Shown: positions 39,291 through 51,604 of the stretch, one piece after another
Layout of the letters: each line of letters opens with the position of its first letter
How positions within the stretch are numbered: the first letter of the stretch is position 1
NCBI RefSeq assembly: GCF_030684315.1
Contig: NC_081377.1
Location: forward strand, 17,608,001 to 17,672,000
Direction of reading: 5' to 3'
Length of the DNA: 64,000 nt
Source of the DNA: Stegostoma tigrinum
Taxonomy: Eukaryota
Notes under the pieces: generated by a model
Seen by the model: only the letters and a program-made list of their open reading frames with translations
What the model was told of the DNA's origin: nothing
The model's database searches: none
Program-made: the position numbers and the translations under genes

Positions 39291-40544
39291 CACGCACACA
39301 TACACTCAGAAATACACTCTCGCAAATGCACTCACTGTTACACTCCTGACACTCTTGCCACCAATGTTGGAGAATCCCATGTCAATCTCCTTCCACTGTT
39401 TGGTTTAACCAGACGAGTTTTGCCACCACCAGGAGACTCTGGGGATTAAGTGCATCAAGCTGCCATTCTGGCCTCAATGAGCTTCATAAAATCCAGCCCA
39501 TTCATTGCTCATGTGAAGTTGGAAGTGGAATGAGCAGTTAGTGTGTTCATTCATTGTTGACTGCAAAGCCAGGCCACTATATTAATCATGGGATGGATAG
39601 GAGCTTGTCTGTGCCCACTTGCAATTTTCTACTTTATTAGCTACAACTACATTGTTACGATGCCAGAAAATTCAAGCTCTGCTGGAACATTAGCTTTACA
39701 GATCTCCCATTGACGAGATCTGGAATCTTCTTGTTTATTGGACCAAAGCGAGAGATACTTTGGTGTCATGGCAGGATTTGATGATGTAGTACACAGCCAA
39801 CGTTTTATTGTTGAGTTGATACCTTTATGACATTGGGAGACTTCCTTGTTTTGAGAACGAATCATTAATTACCACACTGTGGTAAAACTCCCTTAGCTTT
39901 GGATTAATTGCTTTTGTTTATACTGAGAAATGATCCTACATTTTTGATCACTCCTCTGTCAGTATTCTGTATGTTATTTGAGGGAATTATCAGCATTTTT
40001 GTCAGTCTCACTCTGATATCATTCTTTTAACATGTTCAGTTTATTTTCATTCTCATTAACATGTGGTTCTGTGCTGCCACCTGAAGGCAACAGTTGAAAA
40101 TGAATACCCTGTATGATCCTGAGATTTTTGAGGATATTAGAATGGCTGGTTGAATTGCTGTAATATGATTATTGGTTACAAAACGGTTCCATTTAGGATC
40201 AAGCGTCTAATCCATTTCCTAATTATAATTGTGCCATTACACACAATTGAAATGAAAGAGGAAAGCATCTTTATAGCTGACTCCAGTAATGCAAGAAACA
40301 GTGAGGTTTTTGGACAAATCCCAGCCCTGTCATTTTAAGAGACATTTAAGTATTGTAAGTGTACTTACGGGTGACAGTAATAATATAGCTGTCATCTGCA
40401 ATGTTTATTTTAGGACCTGTTATGAATGAAATAGACCCATTCAGCTGACATTTTACCTGACACTTTCTCCACAGGCTGAAGATGTTGCACATGCTTGAAA
40501 TGCTCTGATTTTGTTTTGAACTCCCACTGCAAAAGAACAAAAAG

Positions 40545-40960
40545 GAGTTGCACTTATTGCCCATTCCCAATGTGCCGGACGTGTTCCAAAATACCTGACA
40601 GCCAGCAAAATATTTTTGATGTGTACTGATGATATTAACAGAAGCCAGCTTTCTCACAGCAAGATCCCACAAACTGCCAAGTAATAGACCAGGTATTCTG
40701 TTATCTAATGGCTTTGATTGAGGGACAAGTATTAGCCAGAACAACTGGGGAGAGCTCCCTTGCTTCCTCAAAATAGCTGTCTTTTACAGCCACCTGGGAG
40801 GACAGGCAGGCCCTTGGTTTAACGCCTCTGTCAAAAGTCAGCATGACTGATAATGCAGCACTCTCTCAGCACTGCACTGAAGTCCCAGCCTATCTGATGG
40901 ATTCAAGCCTCTGCAGGGCTCCAACAAATAGTCCTCTGACTCAGAGACATGACCTTGCAA
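40545..40960 (-). mobile_element. Deu-domain SINE
   Basis: Reverse complement contains tgtgggatcttgctgtg, the Deu-domain core. Confidence 0.7.
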
Positions 40961-41618
40961 ATGTTGATCACTCAGAGTCACGCTGTCTGGTCTCATGGTT
41001 CCTTGCTGTCTGGTCTCATTGTTCCCTACCAATTGTTTAAAAGTGACTGTGTTATTTTTACTCTCTTACCTTTGTTTAACCATTCTTTATTTTTGCCATG
41101 TCTAGCTGCGTTTAGAAATTACATGCATGAGGGGGTTGGTGAGAGCTGATGAACTGCAAACAAAGTGCCAATGCAGTTAAATAGTCAGCAGCTGACTTCT
41201 GCTCACTTGAATTATTTTAATGATTATAATTTTGAAGCTAAATGTAGAGAAGTCACAGGGTCTGATTAAATCTTGCCAGAATGTGTGAGTGCTTTTGGTA
41301 TGTTGCATTCTAAGATTGATCAGTACTATAACAGCTCCACAAAAGCTTCTTTCATTGTGAGCAAACTGAAACCCAAAAAGTTAAAAATTGTTTCTGGAGT
41401 ACATTACTACAATTTGAAGAAAACCATGCAAGTCACACAGGTAGTGTCCTACGGTACTGCCTGCTCCATAGGAATCAGTGTTGTTTTGATAGAATCAGAG
41501 CAGTGCAAAAAAACTCTCCTACAAAGTATCTAACACTGACATTATGAATAATTGAACCAAGGGCTGGATTTTTGTGGAGTTGGTCTGACTCTGTTGAAAA
41601 ACTGGCAGCAGAACTCAG

Positions 41619-41909
41619 ATCATAGAATCCCTGCAGTATGGAAACAGGCCCTTTGGCCCAACAAGTCCACACCAACCCTTGGAAAGTCCCACCCAGACCC
41701 ATCCCCCTCTAATCTACACATCCCTGAACACTATGGGCAATTTAGCATGACCAATCCACCTCGCCCGCGCATCTTTGAACTGTGGGAGGAAACCCATGCA
41801 GACACAGGGAGAATGTGCAAACTCCACACAGAAATTCGCCCGAGGGTGAAATCGAACCTGGGTCCATGGTGCTGTGAGGCCGCAGTGCTAACCACTGAGT
41901 CACCGTGCT
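41619..41909 (-). mobile_element. HE1-type SINE
   Basis: Reverse complement has cacggtgactcagtggttagcactgc and a ggttcgattt B box. Confidence 0.88.
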
Positions 41910-43024
41910 GCTCCTGAAGGGGATTGATTTTCTGGGTGGTTTTGAGCCACCAACCTTCCAGTTAAAGGTGCCAACCAATTGCGCTACAAAGGCAGCTGAC
42001 TTTTCCACCACTTTTCCAGCAGATCTCACTTTTGCCAGTGAAGGAAGATGCAGAGCACCAGGGAATACCTGGATATAGCACAGCGCTGATTCCAGTTCGA
42101 GCTGAATTCAAAAAGACCCCGTTTTGCCAGTTGCAAGGACCTTAATCCCTAGTGTAGCTTTCATTTAATTTATGGAGGAGGTGTAAATGCTTGTGAAAGA
42201 TGGATAAAGTCAGCTTTGAGTGTTATGATCTGAAGTTATTCAAATCCTCAGCCTTTTAAACATGGAAAATAAAGATGTCCCTGGAGTTCATTGATTGATA
42301 GACCATCTAATGCTACTTAGTGAAGAAACTATTACCATCCGTTCCGACAGCGTGGCTAAAATTGAAAATCTCACATGCCTGTCACAGAAGTTAGGAGACC
42401 GTGAGGTGAGTTCATATTTTGATTGACAGTTTTAAGAGGCCGTTAAAAGATTTGCCATCATTGATGTAGCTACTGAATAGGAGTTTGCTTTTATGGAAGA
42501 TTGATATGTATTCCTTACATGGATCTCTTTGCAATAGTGACAGCTTTGAAACAGAGGAGAACAGTACTCTACAGAGAGAAAATATCAACTATCTTGTGGT
42601 CAGGAATGGAATTTGATGGGGTTGAGAGTTGCTGGAGTCAATGGTGATCAGTAGTTACGTGGGAATAGTTGGAAGAACAGAATGTAGACCACATATTCAA
42701 GATAAATTTGGAGACACCATGAGAGTTGAAATGAGAAAAGTGAAGATATGAATTCAGGACTAAGGGAGGACAGACATGAGAAGTTTTGCTTGGTGGATGG
42801 GAGGGAGGCAGAAAAAACAGCTGAATGGCTGAACTGATCTTAGTTAATGAGTTTCCTACATTTGTAACAGGAAATTAAATTGAGGAGAGAGATTTTAAAA
42901 ATATGCTTTGTAGTGCAGGAAGTGAAGTTGTGATTATCTTTGCATTCTAGGTTATAAGAAGTTTTGCCCAATAGTGCTTTATGTGGTCCAGTCAAATTTG
43001 GCCACGGAGGGCAAAACTATTTAG

Positions 43025-43320
43025 ACTCATAGACATTTCCATAACAAAAGGAGACCATTTTGATCAATCTTGTCTGTGCTGATCAACAAAAATCTGACAA
43101 CACTAACCCTATTTTTCACCTTAGTGCCCTTGGGCCTGGAGGCTATGGCAATGCAAATGAATGTCGAACTGCTGCTTAAATTTTCCAAGAGTTTCTGACT
43201 CACCCAGTCTTTCAGGCAGTGGGTTCCTGACTGTCCCCCACCCTCTGAGTGAGAAGATAGCTCCTCGAACACTCCTCTTAGCCTTCTACCTCTTACCCTA
43301 AATCTAGCCCTGCTAGTTAT
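43025..43320 (-). mobile_element. CR1 3' fragment
   Basis: cccagtctttcaggcagtgggttcc..ccctctgagtgagaag, the reverse of the CR1 'FFTQRVV.WN.LP' region. Confidence 0.7.
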
Positions 43321-44514
43321 TATTTTTCTGCCTTTATATTTTTCTGTCAGTTGAACAGAAGACGAAGATCTATTTAGGTAATTTGTTTTTATTCATTTTG
43401 TAATCCAAAATGGTACTGGGTTGTGGTGATAAAACACTTTTCACTGTATTTTCCCAAATACGTGTGACAATAAAATCATTAATTCATTCATTCAAACTCA
43501 GCAGGTTTGGCAGCATCTGTGGAGAGAAAAACAGAGTGTGGAATGATTTTTCTTCAACCTGAAGAAGAGCATTTTCTATTTTTATGCCGTTATTCTTCCC
43601 ACTGCTTTGATACGGATTTATCTGCAAGTCACTGCTCCCAACTGACGTGGACTAAATCATATCTCATTGAAGTAAAGTGAGCCTTTCCCCAGTTTAGAAC
43701 GTTTATTCTTGGCCTTTTTCAGTAACTATTCTAAATTCCATCTGAGATATCCATGATAAGCATTCAGGTCTGTAGGTCTTGAATTGAAGTTTACAGCCCT
43801 GAGTGTTGCAAGATTAATGACCAGATTGAGGTGGAGTAATGATTTTCATGGTAACAAGGCCATCAGTGATGGAGATAGGGGTCTGATACCAACAGAAATG
43901 TTGTAGTGAATGCTGTGCAAAACTTCAGCAGTTTTCTCCAGGCAGGTGCAAAAGGAATTGGTGTTGAGAGTGGATGATGAGTGACAGCAATGCAAGGAAG
44001 CGATCAGACTAGCCTCATCTGTGATTGTCACTGTGGAAGCAGAGAATCCACTTGAGATTAGAGAGGATGGATGTGTTTGTGGATAGTGGAGCTTATCTCG
44101 AGCACAAGCCACAACATAAGGAAGAAAACTAAGATCAATATACTCTTTAATGAAAACAAGCCTCATTGTCTACAACCTAATTGATCCGTTTGAAGAGCTG
44201 TGTGTTGGTGCAGTGAAACTCATGTTGCTGCTTTCTCAATCCTTATCTTTACAAAAATATTGAATGTTACTGTTACCAGACTCCCTGCAGTGTTTTAATG
44301 GTGATCTGCCATGCATAAAGAGTGGGAGAACCTGGTCCCTGCCCTGTGTTTATATCAGTAAGATGATGAGTTTGTTACTCAAAATCAGAAAACAAAAGTG
44401 TAGATACCAGTTTCCGTCTGTTTCTTCCTTGCTTTATCTGACTATCACATGGTACAGCCTTACAGCACATTGCCAATCTGTTAGCACTGAGAGATTGAAC
44501 TTGAATCTTGTTTT

Positions 44515-44717
44515 CAGTTATGGTCGGTTTAGCTCACTTGGCTGGACGGTTAGTTTGCAAAGCAGCGTGATGCAGACACTGGCTGAGGTTACCAAGGAGG
44601 GCCAAACTTCTCAATCTCTCTCCTCACCTGAGATATGATGACCCTCAGATTAAATCATCACCAGTCATTTCTCTCTAATGAGAGAGCAGCTGTCTGGTCT
44701 GGTAAGCCTATGACAAC
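44515..44717 (+). mobile_element. tRNA-derived SINE, unassigned family
   Basis: A-box-like tagctcacttggc, body ggctgaggttacc..ccctcagattaaatcatcaccagtc. Confidence 0.5.
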
Positions 44718-44850
44718 ACAATACCAAAATGCTTTCATTAAAATATGAAAGCTTTGCAAAGTTTATATCAACTACATGACAGGCATGAGTTAACTTTGTG
44801 CACAAGCTGGAAACTGGTTGGCCAACAATTGACCTGCTTGGACATTTACC

Positions 44851-45052
44851 TGTAATAGTAGGAACTGCTGATCTGGAGAATCTGAGATAGCATCAATCAG
44901 GTGGGTAAATGTCCAGAGATGACATGGTGCGAAGCTGGATGAACACAGCAGGCCGAGCAGAAGAAGGGTCTCAACCCGAAAGGTCAAACTTTCCTGCACC
45001 TCTGATGCTGCTTGGCCTGCTGTGTTCATCCAGCTTTGCACTGTGTTATCTC
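44851..45052. mobile_element. Inverted PLE terminal-repeat insertion containing an inverted copy of target DNA
   Basis: TSD tggacatttacc at 44839-44850 and 45053-45064; 44894-44915 is the exact reverse complement of flank 45053-45074. Confidence 0.9.
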
Positions 45053-46309
45053 TGGACATTTACCCACCTGATTGGACTGTCCGAAAGAATTTTTACTTCA
45101 GGTAGCAATAGTGCTTGGCCAAAACCAGCCTGCTCCTTTTGAGCACGTTGCTGGAATGCCATCAGGCCCTGACTGTATCACTCAGCCCGAGTCATGAGTG
45201 GGAAATGGTGGCCAGTTTGATGGCAAGACAAGACAGTGTATGAGTGTGTGGATTGAGGAAGGAGGGTCCCAGCTAAAGGGATCTTAAAATTGGTTTCCCT
45301 GAAGGCAAGGGGACTCTATGATGAAGACCTTCTACCTCTGGGCTTGCTTGTACAATTTTTACAGGTACATTGGTCACCTGTTTAATGGTCTTTGCATTCT
45401 TTGTTCCTCCTTGTGAAGTCCCTTTAGGGGGCCTGGAAACCAGCATTAGCATAATAACCAAAAGAGCACTGGAAGCCCTGAGTGCCAGAAGAAGGACTGT
45501 ACTGACTATCTGTCCCGCAGGGATGGCTACAAAATAACAATGTCTTTGTACCCATTCCAGAATTGCATGGATGCAGCCAATCTGAAACTTTCCAAATTGT
45601 TGTCAGAAGTGGATTTCTATTTTACGGATTTGTATTTTTTACTGATTTGTATCATGTCTTGGTCCTGAATGTAAAAACAAGCAACTGCATTAAATTGACT
45701 CAAAAATGAAATTTAGCCTTTAACAGTGGGACCAACACTTGTGCAGATCGGGCACAGATTGTTCGGTGGATAAGTTGGCATACTTTTCACCCATTTCACA
45801 CTTGACGTATGGACACATACTTACAAAGCTACCAGCATATCGTCGTCCAGACTAACAGAAAGCTATCGAGAATGTATTGAACAAAAAAAAGACACCCCTG
45901 ATGAGCATTCTGAGCCTGCAACAAGTCACCAACTGGCATTACGAAGCAATGGGTAATAAATAATTTGATTAGATTATTTTCTCATAAAGTGTGAACTGCT
46001 GGCTTCCATCAAACCTACCAGGAGGCGCAGCTAATATTTCCTCCACCATTCTGGCCACTTCAACACAACTTTCCAGATAGCGCAGAAATTGTTGTCAGTT
46101 ATATATCTCCAGCAAAATCTTCTCAGACTGAGTATTTTGAAATATATTTGGTATTTTAAGGTTTGCATTCAGGGCACATCTCACAAGTTTCAAGATAAAA
46201 GAATGGTTGTAGCAACTTGGAACAGCAGGAAATATTCAAAAATTAGCTTTCTGCTTTTGCCTATCACAGTACGATGTAGAACAGTATTCTGTTCCTCCCT
46301 TACTGTTGC

Positions 46310-46606
46310 AATGAACCTTGAGAATACTGACCTCAGTCGTGGACAAAAATATGCAAGTCCAGCCTCAGTATGACACAGTTCAAGAAGCTATCTTTTGAAT
46401 GCCCTGGCAAAAATTTATCTCTCAACCAGTTCCAACAAAACAGCTTACATAGTGGTTTGTGTCATTGTTATATGAGGGAACATGCTATACACAATTCACC
46501 CTTGCATTTGCCTGCAAAACAGTAGTGGCTACAATATAAGAGTCCTTCATTAATGTGCTCTACAACATCCTGAGGCCAAGAAAGGCACTGGATAAATGCA
46601 AGTTCT
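46310..46606 (+). mobile_element. Degraded Deu-domain SINE
   Basis: tttatctctcaacc..catcctgagg..aaaggcactggataaatgcaag L2-type tail. Confidence 0.55.
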
Positions 46607-46873
46607 CTTTTTTTCTGTACCAAAGTAGTTGATTATCCTCCATTAGCTTAGAATCACATTGCCCACAATTGTAAAACTAAACATTATAATGCTTTCTGAA
46701 TCAGAAAAAAATGAGTGAAATTAGAATTGGGTGGTAGTGAATCAAAAACCTCTGCTCACTTACCTTCTCCGTAAATAGCCTGTTGATTTGCTTTGATCAA
46801 TTTCACGCCAGTTACAAAGAACACTCTGGAAGTTATACCTTTCCCAATAATGCATTTCTGCTTTCCTACATAG

Positions 46874-47045
46874 ATACAGCTGTAAGCACTGCTCTGATCC
46901 ATACATTTGCAGCCACTCCTACCTGCAAGGACAAGCTACAATGAACTACAGTCTGGATAATCTGCACCGGTCCAGTCTCCGTACTCCACCGAAGCTTCTA
47001 CCCAGGAGTCAAGGTTACAGTCGACTGCTCAGTGCCAACAATCAG
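46874..47045 (+). CDS. DLGAP3: Next DLGAP3 coding exon
   Basis: Acceptor ctttcctacatag|A, donor CAG|gtaaga. The first base completes AAA(K) with the phase-2 previous exon. Encodes YSCKHCSDPYICSHSYLQGQATMNYSLDNLHRSSLRTPPKLLPRSQGYSRLLSANNQ; PPK..PRSQGYSR resembles DLGAP3 PPRIHPRSSIPGYSR and SHSYL..SLD.L resembles DLGAP1. Confidence 0.85.
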
Positions 47046-48979
47046 GTAAGAGCAGGTATGAATTTGTGCAATAAGCGGCCAATGGACTATTTGTTATTTC
47101 TTCAAATGGGTCAAACACTCCCTGCAGCATCTTAATATAGTCTTTCAATGGGAACCGACCTAAAGGAACAAGATTTTGAAGAAACTGTCCAAAATAATAA
47201 GTTGCCTCTGGTGACTGAATGTCTTTTCTTAACACAGTATGTAATTCAGTTGCTGGAAGCTAAGAGCTGTAGGTTGTATGAATTCTTACATTTAGCAATA
47301 TCTGTAAACTGTGAGTAAACTAACTAAATTCCTAAATGGGCTGCTGTCTCCAAGTGACTTGAGGGAAGTTTGAGTGCTGTACAAGGTGTGCTGAGGGTGT
47401 GCTGTATTGGTTGATGTGTTGACCTCTTCATGAGGTGTTAGAATGAGATTCCATCTGACCATCCAAATGAAATTCCTATGGTAGTACGTGAAGAAAAGTA
47501 GAACATGTTGCCGATTATTTGACAACTTCTGATCCTTTAAAGGAAAGGTGCTTATTCATCTCATTGATGTCTATGAGATGTTTTAGTACAAAAATGACTG
47601 TTGTCTTTCTATCCAGTTGTTCATTGTGTGAACTGCTTTGCGACAGTTCAACATGTGATAAAGTGTTAAATGTACAAATGGTGAGTTCTCATTTGGTTTC
47701 TGGTAATATGATCATGCAAACTTAATCTCTTCAGAGTGGTTCAATATTAGTAGTGCTTGCTGTGATGAATTGTAAATGTTTCAGAATAGCCCAGTGCTTT
47801 TTTGTATTTTTTAAAAGAAGTACAAAAATGGTAGTGAAAGTATGTTGTCAGGGCATAAGAAACAAGGTTTTTACAGAAGAAAAGTGATGGAAATCATTTT
47901 AGGGGCACAATTAAACATTTTGCACTATTATAAATTAAATCAGACTGGATAATTGCTCCATTTTTTAGCACATACACTCATGTATAAATTCAGTCACCAA
48001 TGAATTCTGGGTGTTTTAGACACATTACAATCAACAGAACTTTCAAAATGACAATAATGATGGTCAGTCACCTAGTGTCCACCTAAAATTGAACCAAAGA
48101 AACACACATCAACTTCAACCCAGAGGCTCTTGCAGGCATGGGAGGAGGTCAAGTGGAAGATCATCACAGCTCCATTGTGCTCCAAAGGTTTTGGCAATGA
48201 AGCCGTTTGATTTAACCTCCAAGGTAAGCAATTGGAAGCACGAAAATGATCTTGTATTGTTACATTTGGAATGTTACAATGGCTTGATCTCTGGGTGACA
48301 ATCAGCCATAATTAATAGAAATTTCTATCAAGGTACTTTAGTGGCCACATTTTTGAATGTGTTAACACCAGAACATTAGAATCCTAAATGTAGTCCTATC
48401 TTGCTGAAAGTGGAACACAAAAGAGATCGATTCCCACAGACTAAACAAGCCAGACCTTTTACTGTTACTGGAAGAAAGCCGCTCACTTGAAAACGTCTTC
48501 ACAAATAGAAGTGACTACTTGAAAGTGTTTGTGCTGCTTTTCTATCTGCGGGTAGCAAGATAATATTGTATTTCATTCTACTCGACTTAATAACTGATAT
48601 GGTATTGTGTCATACGGACTTTGATTCTGACTGTAAAATAACTTATCAAAGGCTTACAGAAGCATGTGGCCTTCATATGCTACTGTTCTAAGATAGTAAA
48701 TATCATGTACCAAATGAAACTTCCCATTTGCTGTGATCATATGGTGAAGGAGATTATAAACATGTATAGGTTAGCAGAATTTTGAAGTACATCATGACAA
48801 GAAGGGCCCTATTTGTACAATGATAATCACTGTGATAAGAAATTTAATTTTCAATCTTTTGTATTCCACTGCAAAGCAAACTCAGTGTGACAATAGCATC
48901 TTATCAATTCTAATCAGCTAATGTGTGTTATCTTTATTTCCAGAAATTCCCTAAGCCCAGGAGGAAGATGTGGTTGTGG

Positions 48980-49124
48980 NNNNNNNNNNNNNNNNNNNNN
49001 NNNNNNNNNNNNNNNNNNNNNNNNNNNNNNNNNNNNNNNNNNNNNNNNNNNNNNNNNNNNNNNNNNNNNNNNNNNNNNNNNNNNNNNNNNNNNNNNNNNN
49101 NNNNNNNNNNNNNNNNNNNNNNNN
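48980..49124. other. Assembly gap (145 N)
   Basis: Run of n characters. Confidence 1.
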
Positions 49125-50375
49125 GCCAAAAACTGATGCAAAACATTCACATACGTGATGCAATCTACATTCCAAATAATCACCAGCCAAAATATGTTAA
49201 CATTTTGAAGGAGTTTGAGAGTTTGATGAGTGAGTCAATGGTCAAAGATCAGGAGCAAGCAGAGGTAGCAAGTGAAGAAACATTGATGCACAGGTTTTCG
49301 TCATTGCCTTCTGCCCCTTTATAGTTCTGACCTCACAGGGCCACCAAAGAAGCATAAACATGAACACCCGAAGAAATTATTTGTTTCAAAGTAAAATTAT
49401 GTCTAGATTGAAGTGCAAATTCTACTATTCATTTGTAAAACTATCATTGAAAAGTATATCAGCAAGACCCATGCAGAGATGAAATACAGTGACAATATCT
49501 TTCAGGAATTGTCCCTCTAAAGCTGCCAAGACTATCCAAGATGTTTTGAAGTATGTAAAGGCATTTTGGAAGGAGCGTCAAAAAGAAATTAAACAACACT
49601 GAAGCTCATCTGTTCCCTACAGACAGGAATTATCAGCCCTAGGCTGAGTAGTGACCATCAGAAGCATAGGAACAGGAGAGTAGTTGAGCATTTGCTCTCA
49701 GTCTCTCTCCTCTAGGCAAGAAGCAAAATAAGTTTTTTGAAGTATGTAGACCTCTTGAAAGCCAGGTGTAGGTTAGAGAAAGGAAACCACACTTGCATAG
49801 CATTTTTAAAATAGCAAAGCATCCCAAAGTGGTTCACAATGGAATTTAGAAATTAACTATTGAGTCGGAGTTAGAGAGTTTGAGGCAAGCGAATAAGTGT
49901 GACTTGAAGTGGTGGTTAAAGAAGATTCGAGCAAAGATATGGAGAAAGCCTGAGGAGTTCAAGGAGAGAAGTGCAGTGTGTGTACCCTGACAGAGTATAT
50001 AATGTGGAGGACAATGGAATATGAACAACAATGCAAAATCAGAAGATATACAAAAGAGAATGCAAACAGGTCCTTACAATATTTCACCAGAATCCTCTTT
50101 GCCTATTCTTGCTAATGGAGGCTGATTTGGAGTTATATCAGAGGATCAAAAGATGCACTGATGCACGAGGCACAAATGGACAGGACAGAAATATATCACA
50201 TCAGATGTAGCAAATTGCACATACGTACTTAAATTTATAAAAACTGAGTGTTGCAAAAACTGGATACAAGTCACTTTTTATTAGAAGATGAATATTTAAT
50301 GAATTGTACATTAAAATGGTAAATAAATTTCTCATCTTGTGCCAAACATCCATAGCTAGGTAACTCCAGTTATAG

Positions 50376-50470
50376 GAGATAACAAGATGTAGAGCTGGAT
50401 GAATACAGCAGGCCAAGGGCATCAGAGGAGCAGGAGTGCTAACATTTTGGACCTAGTCCCTTCTTCAGAA
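50376..50470 (-). mobile_element. Short PLE terminal-repeat insertion (family A)
   Basis: gagataacaagatgtagagctggatgaatacagcagg..cccttcttcaga; duplication gttatag at 50369-50375 and 50481-50487. Confidence 0.85.
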
Positions 50471-51604
50471 AAGCATATAGGTTATAGAATATTTGTGCAG
50501 TTCTTTTCCCCCTGCTCTGTAAGGGCCACATGTTTCTCAGTTACAGTACTCATCCCAGTATTCCTTGGTATGATGAGGAGTTACATTTATCAAGCCCCTT
50601 CCCAGAGATCAGCTGGCGTGAGGTGGAAATGCTGATTGTGTAGGAACATCTTTCAGTTGTAATATTATGCACCATCTTATTAGGAATGTATGGTTAGTTC
50701 ACTCCAGTTCATAGTACAAGCAGCTCACATTGTACTATAGAAAGGAAACTTTGTTTTTGGAAGGCAATGGTTCACGTGGCTCATAAATACACACCCGTAT
50801 CCTCCCGTGTGGGACTGAGGACGATGGAAGTGACATCAACCACCTTTGGAACCAATGAACCACCTGCTACATAAACCAAACCTGCATTGTGTCTTCACAT
50901 GAGTGCTGTATTCTTCACTTGCCTTCGGGTGCATGCACTGTAGTGATATAGGGGAATTGACTTCTAACTCCTAATATTTCTTGCCAGTCAATGGTCACAC
51001 ATCTGAATATTCAGCAAACAGTTCCGGGTTTCTGCTGCCCCAATGACGTGTTTGCAGGTGAAGAAATGATTTTCATGCAAAAGTAGGACTTTCACCTCAT
51101 GATTTAGCCCATTTTCTAGAACAATCCAAACCAAGCCTCATAAACCCGTTTTTCTCCCCCTCAACTTCAAATACATGATGTTAAAGTTAGTGTGGTCAAT
51201 AAAGACTGTGCTTTGAGAATGCTTCAAAAATCATGATATTGAGTTATAACCTCCAGCCAGTTGTGTGTGTAGCTGTTGAACTTGCTGTATTGTCACCTGT
51301 AGCAGAAAACAACAGTAATTGTCTCAGTAATAAGTGGTGAATGCATTGTTGGTGAACCCAGTGATATCTCTTAGGAAAACCTTGAAAATACCCAGATTAG
51401 CAACAATCTGTTTTCATTTACCTTGAGCATGGCACCTATAGTTTGCATCTTGGTGCAGATCAGGTTTATAATTTAACGACTAAAGTGATAATCCTCAGAT
51501 AGGCAGCTACAGACAATGAATCTTAGCTGAAATCAAATTTCTTTTCTTCAAAAATGATAGGTTCTGAGTGATAAGTTCCTTAGAAAACCACAATACATTG
51601 AACA

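Noticed and set aside
48914-49324. ORFs spanning N run
   Set aside because: Open only because of the assembly gap.
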